A stretch of DNA of 64,000 nucleotides from an uncultured delta proteobacterium (GTDB lineage Bacteria > Myxococcota_A > Polyangia > Palsa-1104), in NCBI GenBank assembly GCA_963785725.1, contig CAWAWS010000005.1:96001-160000 (forward strand), read 5' to 3'. Position 1 is the stretch's first letter. Every line of letters starts with the position of its first letter. The notes under the pieces are model-generated. The model had not been told where the DNA came from and ran no database searches. It saw only the letters and a program-made list of their open reading frames with translations. The translations under genes and the position numbers were made by a program. Positions 40,224 to 50,777 of this stretch are shown in pieces.

Positions 40224-40675
40224 GGGACCTCGATCCGCACGCCCGGCGGCTGATTGCGCGTCATCCAGAAGGCGCCGACGTCCGCGATCAGTTTCTTGTA
40301 TTCGCCGAAGTCGGTCGGCTTGCGGACGTAGGCGTTGGCGCCGCGCCGGTAGCTCTCTTGAAGGTCCTTGTCCTCGTTCGACGACGTGAAGACGACGACC
40401 GGCAACAGACGCGTCCGCTCGTCGTGACGCATGGCCGCCAGCACTTCGATGCCGTTGACCTTGGGCAGCTTCAGATCGAGGAGCACCACGCGCGGCGCCG
40501 CGGCCGGATCGCGGCCGGCGTGCGCGCCCTCCGCGAACAGCCACTCGAGCGCCTCGGCGCCGTCATGGGCCACGCGCAGGAGATGCGGAATGCCGATGCG
40601 CTGCAGCGCCAGGCGCGCCAGCTCCTCGTCGTTGGGATCGTCGTCCACGAGCAGTAAGAGCGGCAGATCAGCCAT
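40220..40675 (-). CDS. Single-domain response regulator (Rcp1-like)
   Basis: LVDDD, LLDLKLP, FTSS, GANAYVRKP. Confidence 0.9.
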   Translation of the reverse strand: MADLPLLLLVDDDPNDEELARLALQRIGIPHLLRVAHDGAEALEWLFAEGAHAGRDPAAAPRVVLLDLKLPKVNGIEVLAAMRHDERTRLLPVVVFTSSNEDKDLQESYRRGANAYVRKPTDFGEYKKLIADVGAFWMTRNQPPGVRIEVP

Positions 40676-42512
40676 GCGCCGCCCCACCCTTCAACGTGAA
40701 CGAGAACGTCGCGCCCTGTTCCGGCGCGCCGACGGCGAAGACTTCGCCGCCGTGACGATGAATGATGCGCTTGACGCTCGCGAGGCCGATGCCCATCCCG
40801 GGAAACTGATTGACGCCGTGGAGCCGCTGGAACGGGCCGAACAGCTTCTCCAGATAGCGCATGTCGAAGCCGGCGCCGTCGTCGCGGACGAAGTAGCGCG
40901 GCGTTCCCTGCACGACCTCCACGCCGAACTCGATGCGCGCCGTGGCGTGCTGCGACGTGTACTTCCACGCGTTGCCGATGAGGTTCTCCAAGACGGCGCG
41001 AATCAGCGCCGGATCGGCGCTGTCGACGAGACCGGGCGCGATGACGAACTCGACCTTCCGCTCCGGCTGCGAGCTCGTCAGGTCAGCCGCGGTCTTGCGC
41101 GCCAGGTCGCTCAGGTCGACAGTCTCGCGATTGAGCTTGGCGCGACCGAGCCGCGCCAAATTCAGGAGGTCGTCGATGAGCCGCGCCATCCGCTGCGACG
41201 ACTGCCGGATGCGCCCGAGGTAGTCGCGGCCGACGGCGTCGAGCTTGTCCGCGTACATGTCGCAGAGCTCGCTGGCGAAGCCATCCATGCTGCGCAAGGG
41301 CGCGCGCAGATCGTGCGACACGGAGTAGCTGAAGGCTTCCAGCTCGTCGTACGCCTTGCGCAGCGCCTCCTCGGCGATCTTGCGCTCGGTGATGTCGCGC
41401 GTGACCTTGGAGTAGCCGCGCAGCGTGCCCGACGTGTCGCGCAGCGCGGTGATGATGACGTTGGCCCAAAAACGGGTGCCGTCCTTGCGCACGCGCCAGC
41501 CGTAGTCTTCGAAGGTGCCCTCGGCGGCGGCGACGCGCAGCTCGGTGGCGGTCTTGCCGGCGGCGACGTCTTCGACGGGATAGAAGCGCTCGAAGCTCTG
41601 CCCGATGATCTCATCGGCGGTCCAGCCTTTGATGCGCTCGGCGCCGGCATTCCAGCTGATGATATGGCCGGTCGGGTCGAGCATGATGATGGCGTAGTCC
41701 TTGACGCTGGCCACCATCGAGCGGAAGCGCTCCTCGCTCTCGCGCAGCTGCTGCTCGGCGCGCCGCCGCTCACTCAGATCGCGCGTGACCTTGGAGTAGC
41801 CGATGAGGTCGCCGTTGTCGTCGCGGAGCGCGGTGATGACGACGTTGGCCCAAAAGCGGCTGCCGTCCTTGCGCACGCGCCAGCCTTCGTCCTCGTAGCG
41901 TCCCACCTCGGCCGCGACCTCGAGCTCGTGCTGCGGATGGTTACGGGCCAAGTCCTCTTCGGTGTAAAACCGCGTAAAGTTCTTGCCCACGATCTCGTGC
42001 GCTTGATAGCCCTTGAGCGCCTGCGCGCCGGCGTTCCAGCTCTGGATCGTGCCGTCCACGCCCAAGAGCAAGATGGCGTAGTCTCGAACGCTGTCGACGA
42101 GCAGGCGATGTTTTTGCTCGTTCGCGCGCCGCTCCGACAGGTTGCGCGTGACCATGCCGTAGCCGCGGACGATGCCGCTCTCGTCGTACAGCGGCGTAAC
42201 GATGACGTTGGCCCAGAAGCGGCTGCCGTCTTTGCGCAGTCGCCAGCCTTCTTCCTCGAAGCGGCCGACTTCGCGCGCGATCTCCAGCTCGTGATCGGGC
42301 TTGTGCGCGGCGACGTCTTCGGGCGGATAGAACGTGGAAAAGTGGCGACCGATGATCTCGGCGCCCGAGAACCCGTTCATGCGCTCGGCGCCACGGTTCC
42401 AGGTCCGTACTCGACCGGTCGTATCGAGCATGCAGATCCCGTAGTCGCCGATGCCATCGACGAGCAGTCGGAAGTCCTCTTCGCCAGCTTCTGGGACGAA
42501 GGCTGGAATCAT
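40668..42512 (-). CDS. Triple PAS-PAC sensor histidine kinase
   Basis: Three WN.GAE...GWR.RKDGSRFWANV repeats; SHDLRAPL, DDGAGF, G.GIGLA. Confidence 0.92.
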   Translation of the reverse strand: MIPAFVPEAGEEDFRLLVDGIGDYGICMLDTTGRVRTWNRGAERMNGFSGAEIIGRHFSTFYPPEDVAAHKPDHELEIAREVGRFEEEGWRLRKDGSRFWANVIVTPLYDESGIVRGYGMVTRNLSERRANEQKHRLLVDSVRDYAILLLGVDGTIQSWNAGAQALKGYQAHEIVGKNFTRFYTEEDLARNHPQHELEVAAEVGRYEDEGWRVRKDGSRFWANVVITALRDDNGDLIGYSKVTRDLSERRRAEQQLRESEERFRSMVASVKDYAIIMLDPTGHIISWNAGAERIKGWTADEIIGQSFERFYPVEDVAAGKTATELRVAAAEGTFEDYGWRVRKDGTRFWANVIITALRDTSGTLRGYSKVTRDITERKIAEEALRKAYDELEAFSYSVSHDLRAPLRSMDGFASELCDMYADKLDAVGRDYLGRIRQSSQRMARLIDDLLNLARLGRAKLNRETVDLSDLARKTAADLTSSQPERKVEFVIAPGLVDSADPALIRAVLENLIGNAWKYTSQHATARIEFGVEVVQGTPRYFVRDDGAGFDMRYLEKLFGPFQRLHGVNQFPGMGIGLASVKRIIHRHGGEVFAVGAPEQGATFSFTLKGGAAHG

Positions 42513-42804
42513 TCGGCTCGTAAACGCATGCAGAATTTGAAGTATACGCCGCGAAACTCCGATGGCCAGGGCTCGACCCTACGTAGCGTCGGGCCAATCG
42601 CGTCGTGACGCTCGCGTCCCAGCGAGCGTATTGGCGGAGGTCCATGGCCCGAGGCGAGCCAGCCCTCGGACCGGCATTTGCCGAGCACGAAGGTGTTTGC
42701 GTTGGCGATTCGCTTCTGGCTAAGAATGTGTGGAAACGCCAAGGCCGCTCGCGGGCTGCGTGACCGCCGAGCATGAAGAGGCCGCTGAGGCAGAGGAGTT
42801 AGGC

Positions 42805-43143
42805 ATGCCGCGATACCTGATCTCGTTCGACGATGGAGCGATGACCTTCCCCGAAGAGGATCTGCCCGCCGTCGGCGAAGCCGCACACGCGGTGGTCCGG
42901 CAGGCCCAGGAGGCAGGCGTATGGATCTTCGGCGGCGGAGTCAGAAGCCAGCGAGCGAGCATCGTGGCGACCGACGGCAAGGTCACCGACGGCCCGTCGC
43001 CTGAGACCAAGGCGATCATCGGCGGATTCTCGATCATCGACGTGCCCTCACGCGAAGAGGCGCTCGCTTGGGCTGCCAAGATAGCCGTCGCCTGCCGCTG
43101 CGCACAGGAGGTCCGGGAGCTCATGTTCGATCCGCTCGTCTGA
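42805..43143 (+). CDS. YCII/DGPF-related protein
   Basis: VTDGPSPETKA.IGGF.IIDV.S.EEA..WA; GAGGAG RBS. Confidence 0.85.
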   Translation: MPRYLISFDDGAMTFPEEDLPAVGEAAHAVVRQAQEAGVWIFGGGVRSQRASIVATDGKVTDGPSPETKAIIGGFSIIDVPSREEALAWAAKIAVACRCAQEVRELMFDPLV

Positions 43144-43173
43144 TCCATCCCCTCAGTCGCTGACTCGGTCTGT

Positions 43174-43626
43174 TTAGCGCGGCCGGACGTCGCTGACGAA
43201 CGTCGCGCGGGCCGTGGCGACCGGCGCGGCTCGGGCGTCGACCGTACAGCCCGAGCAAGCCATCAGCGCCAGCATCGCCAGCCCCAGCATCGCCAGCATG
43301 GCCAGCATCGCCAGCGTTTGGAGATATCGCGTCGTCACCGTCGTCGGTCTAGGCACTCGCGGCGACGTGTCTATAAAGCGGCCATGCGCTGCTGCTCGCG
43401 ACGCACGTTCGCCCTGCTCGTCCGCGGCACCGGCAGCGCGCTCGCCGCCTGCGCACGCTCGACGCCGACGGTCACCGCCTCGGGGAGTCAGCTGACGTCG
43501 AGCGACGCGGCCTCTCCGGCGCCGGCCGAGCCGGATCCCGCGATGCCCGGCGACGCGAGCCGCTCCGCTGTCTGCGCGCTTCGGTCGCGCCACGTCGGCC
43601 ACCGAACCAAGGAGAGCGATCGATGA
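43174..43626. pseudogene. Relic of a CX4CH-lipoprotein / Rieske divergent pair
   Basis: Minus strand LAMLALMACSGCTVDA...FVSDVRPR* matches the N-terminus of 26973..27398. Plus strand MRCCSRRTFALLV.G.G.AL.AC matches the Tat signal of 27447..27950. Shared CGTGTCTAYAAAGC..YCATG. Confidence 0.6.
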
Positions 43627-44078
43627 GTACGATGCTGTCGAAGCTGGCGCTCGTCGCCGCGTTGGACTGCGCCTGCGCGCTACCCGCCGCTGCGCAAGCG
43701 CCGCCAGCCGCCAAGAAGGCGGCACGGGTGACGATTGCGCAGCCGCCGGCGACGGAGCTGGTGCAGGCCGAGATGGCCGTCATCCGCTGGACGACCAACA
43801 ATCCGGGCGGGACCGACCTGCACTTCGCGGCCGTCTACTACGGCGTCGATCCCGCGCACCTGAACCTGGCCGCGACGGCGCCGATTCGCATCAATCGCGA
43901 CGAGAGCGAGACGACGTTTCGCGTGCGCCTGGGCGGCCTCGCGCCCTACACCACCTATTACTACCGGGTCGGATCGTTCGAGAGCACCGGCGTCAGCGAC
44001 GGCGTGACCAGCGCCGTCGCGCAATTCACGACGCCCGGCGTCGGCGAGCGCGTCGCCACCCGGCCGCAGCGGCCGTAG
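43623..44078 (+). CDS. Secreted fibronectin type III-like protein
   Basis: Signal peptide, IRWTTN, V.L.GL.P.TTYYYRV, FTT. Confidence 0.8.
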   Translation: MSTMLSKLALVAALDCACALPAAAQAPPAAKKAARVTIAQPPATELVQAEMAVIRWTTNNPGGTDLHFAAVYYGVDPAHLNLAATAPIRINRDESETTFRVRLGGLAPYTTYYYRVGSFESTGVSDGVTSAVAQFTTPGVGERVATRPQRP

Positions 44079-44144
44079 CCGACGCGTCGGCGTCGCACGC
44101 CTCGGCCTGACGCGACGCTTCAATCGGCTGTGCGCGCTCGACCG

Positions 44145-45299
44145 CTAGAATCCGCCGTCCGGCTTCGCGTTCCGCGCGCGGATCGCCTCTTCCGTCCGCG
44201 GAACCAGCGTCTCGAGCCCGACCCGCACCGCTTCCGCCTGAACCTCGTCGATGAACGGGCGCAGCTTCTCCTCGTACTCACGAAAGGCCGCCGCGTAGTC
44301 GCCGCCGTGCGCGCGCATGGCGTCCGCCAGCGCGGCCGCGCCGTCGATGGCGAGCGAGCCGCCCATCCCGGCTGCCGGCGACGGGCAGTAGCCGGCATCG
44401 CCCACCAGCGCCACTCGGCCGCGCGACCAGGCGGGCATTCGAATCTGGCACAGCTTGTCGAAGTAGAAGCTCGTCGAGCCCTCGACCTCGCGCAACAGCT
44501 CGGCGGTCCGCCAGCCCACGCCGGCGAACGCTTCGCGGATGATGCGCCGCTGCTGCGCCTCGTCGCGATAATCGTACGGCAGCTCGGCCTCGGCGACGAA
44601 GCCGAAGATGACGTCGGTCTTGTTCTTGTAGGCGTTGAGCATCACGGCCTTGCCCGGCACGTTGAACAGCTGCGCCGTGTCGCGCTCGATGAGCAGCTTG
44701 TCCACGATCGTGATCGAGAAGTACTGCTGCAAAAAGTGCGTGTACTGCGCCTCGTCGCCGAACCAGAGCTTGCGCACGCCCGAATGCACGCCGTCGCAGC
44801 CGAGCACCAAGTCGAACGAGCGGCGTGCGCCCTTGGCGAACGTGACGTCGACGCCACCGACGCCATCCGCCGCCTCGCTCAGCGCGACGATGCTGTCGCC
44901 GAAGACGAGCTCACAGCGGCCTCCGACGGCCTCGAACAGGATGTGCAAGAGCGCGTTGCGCTCGATCTCGAACTCATCCTCCGACGGCGGCGCGCCCTCC
45001 GCCCGCACGATGAGCGCGCGCTCGGTGCGGTCGTCGGCGTTCTTCAGCTCCCACCGCTGTAGGCTGAGGCGATTGGCGCGGATGGGCTCGAAGATCCCCA
45101 TGCGCTTGACGATGTCGACGGTGTTGCCGCGGATGTCGACCGCCGTGCCGCCGGTCCGCAGCCCCGGGCCGATCTCGACGACGGTCACGTCGTAGCCGAG
45201 CTGGCTCATCCAATACGCCGACGAGAGGCCGGCGAAGCTCGCTCCCGAGACGAGGACCTTCTTGCCGTTAGACGCGCTCATGGGTTGTCCCTTTTCCAT
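44145..45299 (-). CDS. FAD-dependent monooxygenase
   Basis: SGASFAG, GCDGVHSGVR, LVGDAGYCPSP..GMG.SLA. Confidence 0.9.
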   Translation of the reverse strand: MEKGQPMSASNGKKVLVSGASFAGLSSAYWMSQLGYDVTVVEIGPGLRTGGTAVDIRGNTVDIVKRMGIFEPIRANRLSLQRWELKNADDRTERALIVRAEGAPPSEDEFEIERNALLHILFEAVGGRCELVFGDSIVALSEAADGVGGVDVTFAKGARRSFDLVLGCDGVHSGVRKLWFGDEAQYTHFLQQYFSITIVDKLLIERDTAQLFNVPGKAVMLNAYKNKTDVIFGFVAEAELPYDYRDEAQQRRIIREAFAGVGWRTAELLREVEGSTSFYFDKLCQIRMPAWSRGRVALVGDAGYCPSPAAGMGGSLAIDGAAALADAMRAHGGDYAAAFREYEEKLRPFIDEVQAEAVRVGLETLVPRTEEAIRARNAKPDGGF

Positions 45300-45422
45300 C
45301 GCGCCGCCATCGCAGCGCTCGACTCGAGAAATATTATACTCAATAAAACTTTCTGCCAGGATATTTTTACCGGACACAAAATTCGTCATTTGCCGGGCGG
45401 GCTTCGGCTATGCTCGACGGCC

Positions 45423-46037
45423 ATGGGCGAGCTGCGCGAGAGCAAGAAGCGGAAGACCCGGCAGCGAATCTCCGACGTGGCCACCGTGCTGTTCTTCGCG
45501 CGCGGCTTCGACGAGGTGACGCTCGACGAGATCGCGCTCGCCGCGAAGGTGTCGAAGATGACGGTCTTCAACTACTTCGCCCGCAAAGAAGAGCTGATGC
45601 TCGATCGCGAGGACGACCTCAAGCTGCTGCCCTTCCGGCAAGCGCTGCGCGAGCGGCCAAAAGGACAGGCGCCCATCGACGCGCTGCGCGCCCTCGTCGC
45701 GGCGCTGAGCGCGGCCAGGCATCCGCTCTTGCACGTCGATGGCCAGACGGTGGGCTGGTGGCGCATCATCGCCGCCAGCGCGCCGCTCAAGGCGCGCCTG
45801 CGCGAGCTCGCGGACGAGGCGGCCGAGGGGCTGGCGGTCGAGCTCGGGGGGGCGAAGCCCGACGGCCGGGCGCGGCTCACGGCCGGGATGATCGTGCTGA
45901 CGATGCGCACGGCGCGCGAAGAGGCGATTCGCCTAGTCGAGCGCGGCGCGTCGGCCAAGAAGGCGAATGCGGCACTCCTGGCCTTGATGGAGCGCGGCTT
46001 TTCGGCGGTCGAAGCGCTGGCGGCGAGCGCGAGGTAA
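45423..46037 (+). CDS. TetR-family regulator
   Basis: LF..RGFDEVT..EIA..A.VSKMTVFNYF.RKE. Divergent from the monooxygenase across an AT-rich spacer (45325-45390). Confidence 0.9.
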   Translation: MGELRESKKRKTRQRISDVATVLFFARGFDEVTLDEIALAAKVSKMTVFNYFARKEELMLDREDDLKLLPFRQALRERPKGQAPIDALRALVAALSAARHPLLHVDGQTVGWWRIIAASAPLKARLRELADEAAEGLAVELGGAKPDGRARLTAGMIVLTMRTAREEAIRLVERGASAKKANAALLALMERGFSAVEALAASAR

Positions 46038-46066
46038 AGCGCGGCGAGCGCGCTGGCGGCGCGGAA

Positions 46067-47452
46067 TCAAGCCGACGGCAGGCGAACGACGAAGGTCGAT
46101 CCGGCGCCGAGCTCGCTGCGCACCGCGACCCGTCCGCCGTGGGCCTCGACGATCGCCTTGACGAAGCTGAGGCCGAGACCGAGACCGCGCGCGCTGCGAC
46201 TTTGGTCGGCGCGATAGAGCCGCAGCCAGATGCGCGGCAGGTCGTCGGCGGCGATCCCGAGGCCACGGTCGGCCACGGTCAAGGTCGTGAAGTCGCCGTC
46301 ACGCGCCGTCGTGAGCTCGACCTGCGCGCCGAGCGGCGAGTATTTGATGGCGTTGTCGAGCAGGTTCGCGACCACCTGGCGCAGCCGATTGGCATCGGCC
46401 GCGACGGTGGTCCCCGCTTCGAGGTGCGTCACGATGCGAACGCCACGCTCGTCGGCGACGTGCTGATAGAGCTCGATGGTCTCACGCACGAGCGCGCTCA
46501 GCTCGACCGCCGTCCGGTCGAGCTTCATGACGCCCGTCTCCGCCTCCGAGATGTCCATCAGCGTCTGCAACATCGCCAGCACCCGCTCGGACTCCTCGAT
46601 CGTGTCGGCCAGCGCGTCGCGCAGCTGTCCGCCGGCGGCGGGGCCGGCGAGCGCGACCTCGGCGCCGGTGCGCAGCCGCGTCAGCGGCGTCCGTAGATCG
46701 TGGGCGACGTTGTCGAGCGCCTCGCGCATGCCGCGCACCAGCGCCTGATTGCGCGCCAACACGCCGTTGAACAGCCGCGCCAGCACGTCGAGCTCGTCGC
46801 GCGTGCCGCGCTCGGGCAGGCGCAGCGACAGGTCGCCCGACGTCAGCACCGCGTCGGCGGTGGCGGCGAACGCCTGCACGGGCCGCAGCGCGCGGCGCAT
46901 GAGGAAGAAGCCGCCGATGAGACCGAGCACGACGGCGCCCATCCAGACGGCGACGAGCCCGGCGCGCAGGTGACCGACCAGCTCGCGCGTCTGATCGTCG
47001 CTGATGGCGAGCTCGAGCCAGCGTCCGTGGCTGAGCGGCGTCGCGGCCATGCTCCACGTCGACCCATCGCTCGACGCGTGCACGGCGCGCACGTGGGGCG
47101 AGCCGCTCTTGGAATCGACCGTCGCGGCGTCGAAGGCCAGCGCCGCCACCGACCGGTGCTCGAAGAGCGTGACGTCGGCGCCGTCGCTGACGCGCACGTA
47201 GAGTGCCCGCGGCGCGTTGGCCGCACTCTCGCTGAGCGCCTGCACGCCGGCCAGCCCGCGCGTCTCGAACGCCACTTTGTGCGCGTTCAAGTCGGCGGTG
47301 ACGGTCTCGACGATCTGCCGATGAATCGACGCGTGAATGCGGAAGACGGCGAGACCGGCGATGAGCGCGGTGCTGCCGACGAAGACGAGCGCGTACCAAG
47401 CGGTCAGACGCAGCCCAATCGAGCGCAGCCAGTCAGTCTTTGCGGAGGACAT
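46067..47452 (-). CDS. HAMP sensor histidine kinase (CusS/BaeS-like)
   Basis: Two TMs, HAMP, HDLRTPL, NLLDNAIKY, GLGLGL. Confidence 0.9.
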   Translation of the reverse strand: MSSAKTDWLRSIGLRLTAWYALVFVGSTALIAGLAVFRIHASIHRQIVETVTADLNAHKVAFETRGLAGVQALSESAANAPRALYVRVSDGADVTLFEHRSVAALAFDAATVDSKSGSPHVRAVHASSDGSTWSMAATPLSHGRWLELAISDDQTRELVGHLRAGLVAVWMGAVVLGLIGGFFLMRRALRPVQAFAATADAVLTSGDLSLRLPERGTRDELDVLARLFNGVLARNQALVRGMREALDNVAHDLRTPLTRLRTGAEVALAGPAAGGQLRDALADTIEESERVLAMLQTLMDISEAETGVMKLDRTAVELSALVRETIELYQHVADERGVRIVTHLEAGTTVAADANRLRQVVANLLDNAIKYSPLGAQVELTTARDGDFTTLTVADRGLGIAADDLPRIWLRLYRADQSRSARGLGLGLSFVKAIVEAHGGRVAVRSELGAGSTFVVRLPSA

Positions 47453-48110
47453 AGCCGACTCCGCGCAGCGTATGGATGAGCTTCACCGGGAAATCGCGAT
47501 CGACCTTGCGCCGCAGCCGGCTGACCAGCACGTCGACGACGTTGGTCTGCGGATCGAACGAGTAGCTCCACACGTGCTCGAGGATCATCGTCTTCGAGAG
47601 CACGCGGTCGGCGTTGCGCAGGAGATAGGCCAGCAACGTGAACTCGCGCGCCTGCAGCTCGATGGAGTGACCGTCGCGGGTGACGCGCCGCGACTCGAGG
47701 TCGAGCGCGAGGTCGGCGTAGACGAGCTGCTTGGCCTGCTCGGCCGCGCTGCTCGAGCGACGGACGAGCGCGTGCAGGCGCGCCAGCAGCTCGGCGAACG
47801 AGAACGGCTTGGTCAGGTAGTCGTCGGCGCCCGCGGACAGGCCGGTGACGCGGTCGGCGACGTCGCTCTTGGCGCTGAGGATGAGGACCGGCACGTGCCG
47901 GCGCAGGCGACGGACCTCGCCGAGGACGCTCAGCCCATCGCGTCCAGGCAGCATGAGGTCGAGGATGATGGCTTCGAACGGACCGTCGAGCGCCAGGCGG
48001 CAGCCCGCTTCGCCGTCGCGGCTCCAGTCGACGACGTGGCCCTCCTGACGCAAGCCGTGGACGATGAACTGGCCGATCTTGTCATCGTCCTCGATGACGA
48101 GGATTCGCAT
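47433..48110 (-). CDS. OmpR-family response regulator (CusR-like)
   Basis: IEDD, LDLMLP, GADDYLTKPF, NVVDV..SRLR.K, IHTLRGVGY. Confidence 0.93.
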   Translation of the reverse strand: MRILVIEDDDKIGQFIVHGLRQEGHVVDWSRDGEAGCRLALDGPFEAIILDLMLPGRDGLSVLGEVRRLRRHVPVLILSAKSDVADRVTGLSAGADDYLTKPFSFAELLARLHALVRRSSSAAEQAKQLVYADLALDLESRRVTRDGHSIELQAREFTLLAYLLRNADRVLSKTMILEHVWSYSFDPQTNVVDVLVSRLRRKVDRDFPVKLIHTLRGVGYVLRKD

Positions 48111-48166
48111 GGCGCTCGCTCATGAATGTACGCCGCCGGACGGTCGTCGCCATGTGCGGCGCCCGA

Positions 48167-48948
48167 TCACGAGCGGCGGGCGAGGATGGGCTCGACGCTG
48201 CCCGCCGCCGCCCAGCCGACGTGGCCGGCGCGGTCGTCGACGCGGACGAAGTCGCCATGGCGCGCGACGACCGCGACGGACGCGCCTTCGCCGACGTTGG
48301 CTTCGACGGCGGCGTTGGCGATGGGCGACAACAAGAGCGGCGTGCCGCCGCGCGCGATGACGATGGCGTCGTCGGCGCGCGGCCCGGCGAGCGCGAGCCC
48401 GGCCGTCGCGACCGCGCCGGCCACGAGCGCGGCGTAGGCCACGCGCCGGCACACGTGACGCCAGCGCGGTCGCATGACGACGCCGGCGACCGCCAGCGCC
48501 AGCAGCCACGCCGTCGCCACGACCCCACCGCCCCACTCGCGCGCCGACAGGAGCTGCGCCGCGCGCCGATAGGAGGGCGGCGTCGGCGACGGCAAGCCGG
48601 CGGCGAGCCGCGCCGCCGTCAGGTTGGCGACGACGGCCGGGTCGCGCGGCGCCAGCAGCTGCGCGCGCTCGTAGCTGACGATGGCGCGCCCGAGGCTGCC
48701 GTCCTTCTGGTAGGCGCTGCCGAGCTCGGAGAGCAGCGGCGCCGACCAGCCGGACTGGCGCACGATCGCTTCGTAGTCGGCGATGGCGTCGCGGTAACGT
48801 CCTTGGCTGACCGCGCGCTCGGCGTCGGCGCCGCGGTCGTTCTCGGCGGCCGCGGCATGCCGCCCAAGGTCGCGCCGCCGACCGCGAGCGCCAAAAGCCC
48901 GACGACCGCCAGGCGACGCGACGCGACGAAAGAGTGGCGAGTCGTCAT
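48167..48948 (-). CDS. BatE-like TPR/SH3 protein (frameshift near 48860)
   Basis: LGSAY...G.LGRAI.SYERA.LLAPRD....ANL, two TMs, EG..V.V...VGW; last gene of the Bat operon. Confidence 0.7.
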
Positions 48949-50774
48949 GGTCTCTCCTCCAATTGCTCGAGCTCGCGTGCGATCAGCGCCTCGTATTTGG
49001 GCAGCGTCGCGGCGGGCGGCAGGCGGCCGGCATAACGAATCTGCTCCGCCATCGACAGCGTCGCGACGATCGGGCGCGCCGGCTCGCCGAGGCGCCGCTC
49101 GACCTCGGCCGCCGTCACCTCGGCGGGCGCGACGCCCCAACGCGCGCCCAGCCGCTCCTGCAGCGCGGTTTGGGCGGCGGCGAAGAAGCGCGGCGGATCT
49201 TGCGCCTGCGCGGCCTCGTGCAGCGCCGCGCGTTGGGCCACGAGCCGGCCGCGGCGTCGGCGCCGTTGGGCGCGCGCGCTCGGCCGCCGCGGCCGACGGC
49301 TGGCCGCGAGCGCGGCGACCGCGAGCAGCGGCAGCGCGAGCAGCAGCCAGAACCACGCCTGTCGCGTCGGCGGCGTCAGCGTGGCCACGAAGTGCGGCGT
49401 CGTGGACCTCGCGACCGGCGACGGCGTGCCGGCGCCGGCGGCACGATCGTCCGCAGCCGCGACGGGAGGCGCCGTGGCGTCGCCGGTCGCCGGGGCCACG
49501 GCGACCGTCAAGGCCGCGGTCGAGCGCGTCACGTAGCGGCGCTGATCGGGATCGAAGAAGCTGAAGGCGATGGGCGGCAGCGCCACGTCACCGCTCGTCT
49601 GCGGCACGACCGCTTGCTCGAAGACCTTGCCGGCGACCGGCGCGCCGTTGGCCGGCGGCGGCACCGCGCGCGGCGGATAGCTCTTCCAGCGCGACGACGC
49701 CGGCAGCCCGGCGAGCGCCACGCGATCGAAGCTGCCCTTGCCGCTGACCGCGAGCTGCAGCGTCATCGGCTCGAAGGCGACGCCGGCGCTCGGCTGCAAG
49801 GTGGCGCGAAGGTCGAATTGGCCGACGGCGCCGCTGAAACCGGCCGGTGCGCCGGCCGGCAGCGGCTGCACGTCGATCATCTGCGGCGTCGAGCGCAGGG
49901 TCATCTCGCGCTCGCGCACCGGCGCGAACAGATCGTCGGCGTCGACGCCGAACGGCGAGCGGCTCATGAACGAGCGCAGCAGCGCCGACGAGGTCAAATC
50001 GTCGTCGGCCAAGCCCGCGAACGGATCGGACGCGGCCCGCCGCGAGGCCTCGCGATAGCGGGCGACGATGGGCAAGCTGACCTCGGCCGACTGGCTCCCC
50101 GACAACGCCGCCGTCGCGACGCCGGTCCAGGTGGCGACGCGATAGGGCACGCCGCCGACCGCTTCGACGCTCTGGCGCGGCTCGGTCGAGAGCTGGCTCA
50201 GCGTAAAGGCGGCGTTCGTCAGGCTCGGCGGCCCCGTCAAGGTCACCTCGGTGCCAGGGCGGAAGTAGGCCTTCAGCGTCACCGGCACCGCCTGCCCGAC
50301 GTAGAGCGACCGCTTGGGCCAGGCGACCCGCAAGAGCGCCACCGGCGAGCGCGCATCGGGCGCGTCGGGCTCGCTCACACCGCCGCGCTGCCGGTTGCCG
50401 GCCGCGGGCGCGCGACCCGCCGGCGCGACCTCGAGCCGCAGCGTCTGCCCGCCGACGGGAATGGCGAAGCTGCCCGGCCGCGAAGCCACCACCTGATACA
50501 GCTGGAACGTGTGCTGCGAGACGGCGCCGTTGATGACGGTCATCTCGCTGCTCTGTCCGCTCGGCTGAAAGCGCAGCCCGTCCACCGCCGGCAGCGCCGG
50601 CGACCGACCGCCGTCCGTCGCCACACGCAGCGTCGCCGCCTCGTCGAGCGCGATGCGCGGCGGCTGGAGCTCGGCGCTCGCCGCCGCCGCCCGGGCGACG
50701 CTGCCCGTGCCCAGCATCAGCAGCGCCAACGCGACGCCCAGCCCAAGCCCCACCCACTGTCGATTCCGTTTCAT
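48945..50774 (-). CDS. batD: BatD-family protein
   Basis: SSEMTVING, LYVGQ, F.GAVGQF, FSFFDP; position in the operon. Confidence 0.85.
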   Translation of the reverse strand: MKRNRQWVGLGLGVALALLMLGTGSVARAAAASAELQPPRIALDEAATLRVATDGGRSPALPAVDGLRFQPSGQSSEMTVINGAVSQHTFQLYQVVASRPGSFAIPVGGQTLRLEVAPAGRAPAAGNRQRGGVSEPDAPDARSPVALLRVAWPKRSLYVGQAVPVTLKAYFRPGTEVTLTGPPSLTNAAFTLSQLSTEPRQSVEAVGGVPYRVATWTGVATAALSGSQSAEVSLPIVARYREASRRAASDPFAGLADDDLTSSALLRSFMSRSPFGVDADDLFAPVREREMTLRSTPQMIDVQPLPAGAPAGFSGAVGQFDLRATLQPSAGVAFEPMTLQLAVSGKGSFDRVALAGLPASSRWKSYPPRAVPPPANGAPVAGKVFEQAVVPQTSGDVALPPIAFSFFDPDQRRYVTRSTAALTVAVAPATGDATAPPVAAADDRAAGAGTPSPVARSTTPHFVATLTPPTRQAWFWLLLALPLLAVAALAASRRPRRPSARAQRRRRRGRLVAQRAALHEAAQAQDPPRFFAAAQTALQERLGARWGVAPAEVTAAEVERRLGEPARPIVATLSMAEQIRYAGRLPPAATLPKYEALIARELEQLEERP

Positions 50775-50777
50775 GGC

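Noticed and set aside
41400..42320. Three near-identical DNA segments
   Set aside because: Ordinary tandem PAS-PAC domains within one kinase.
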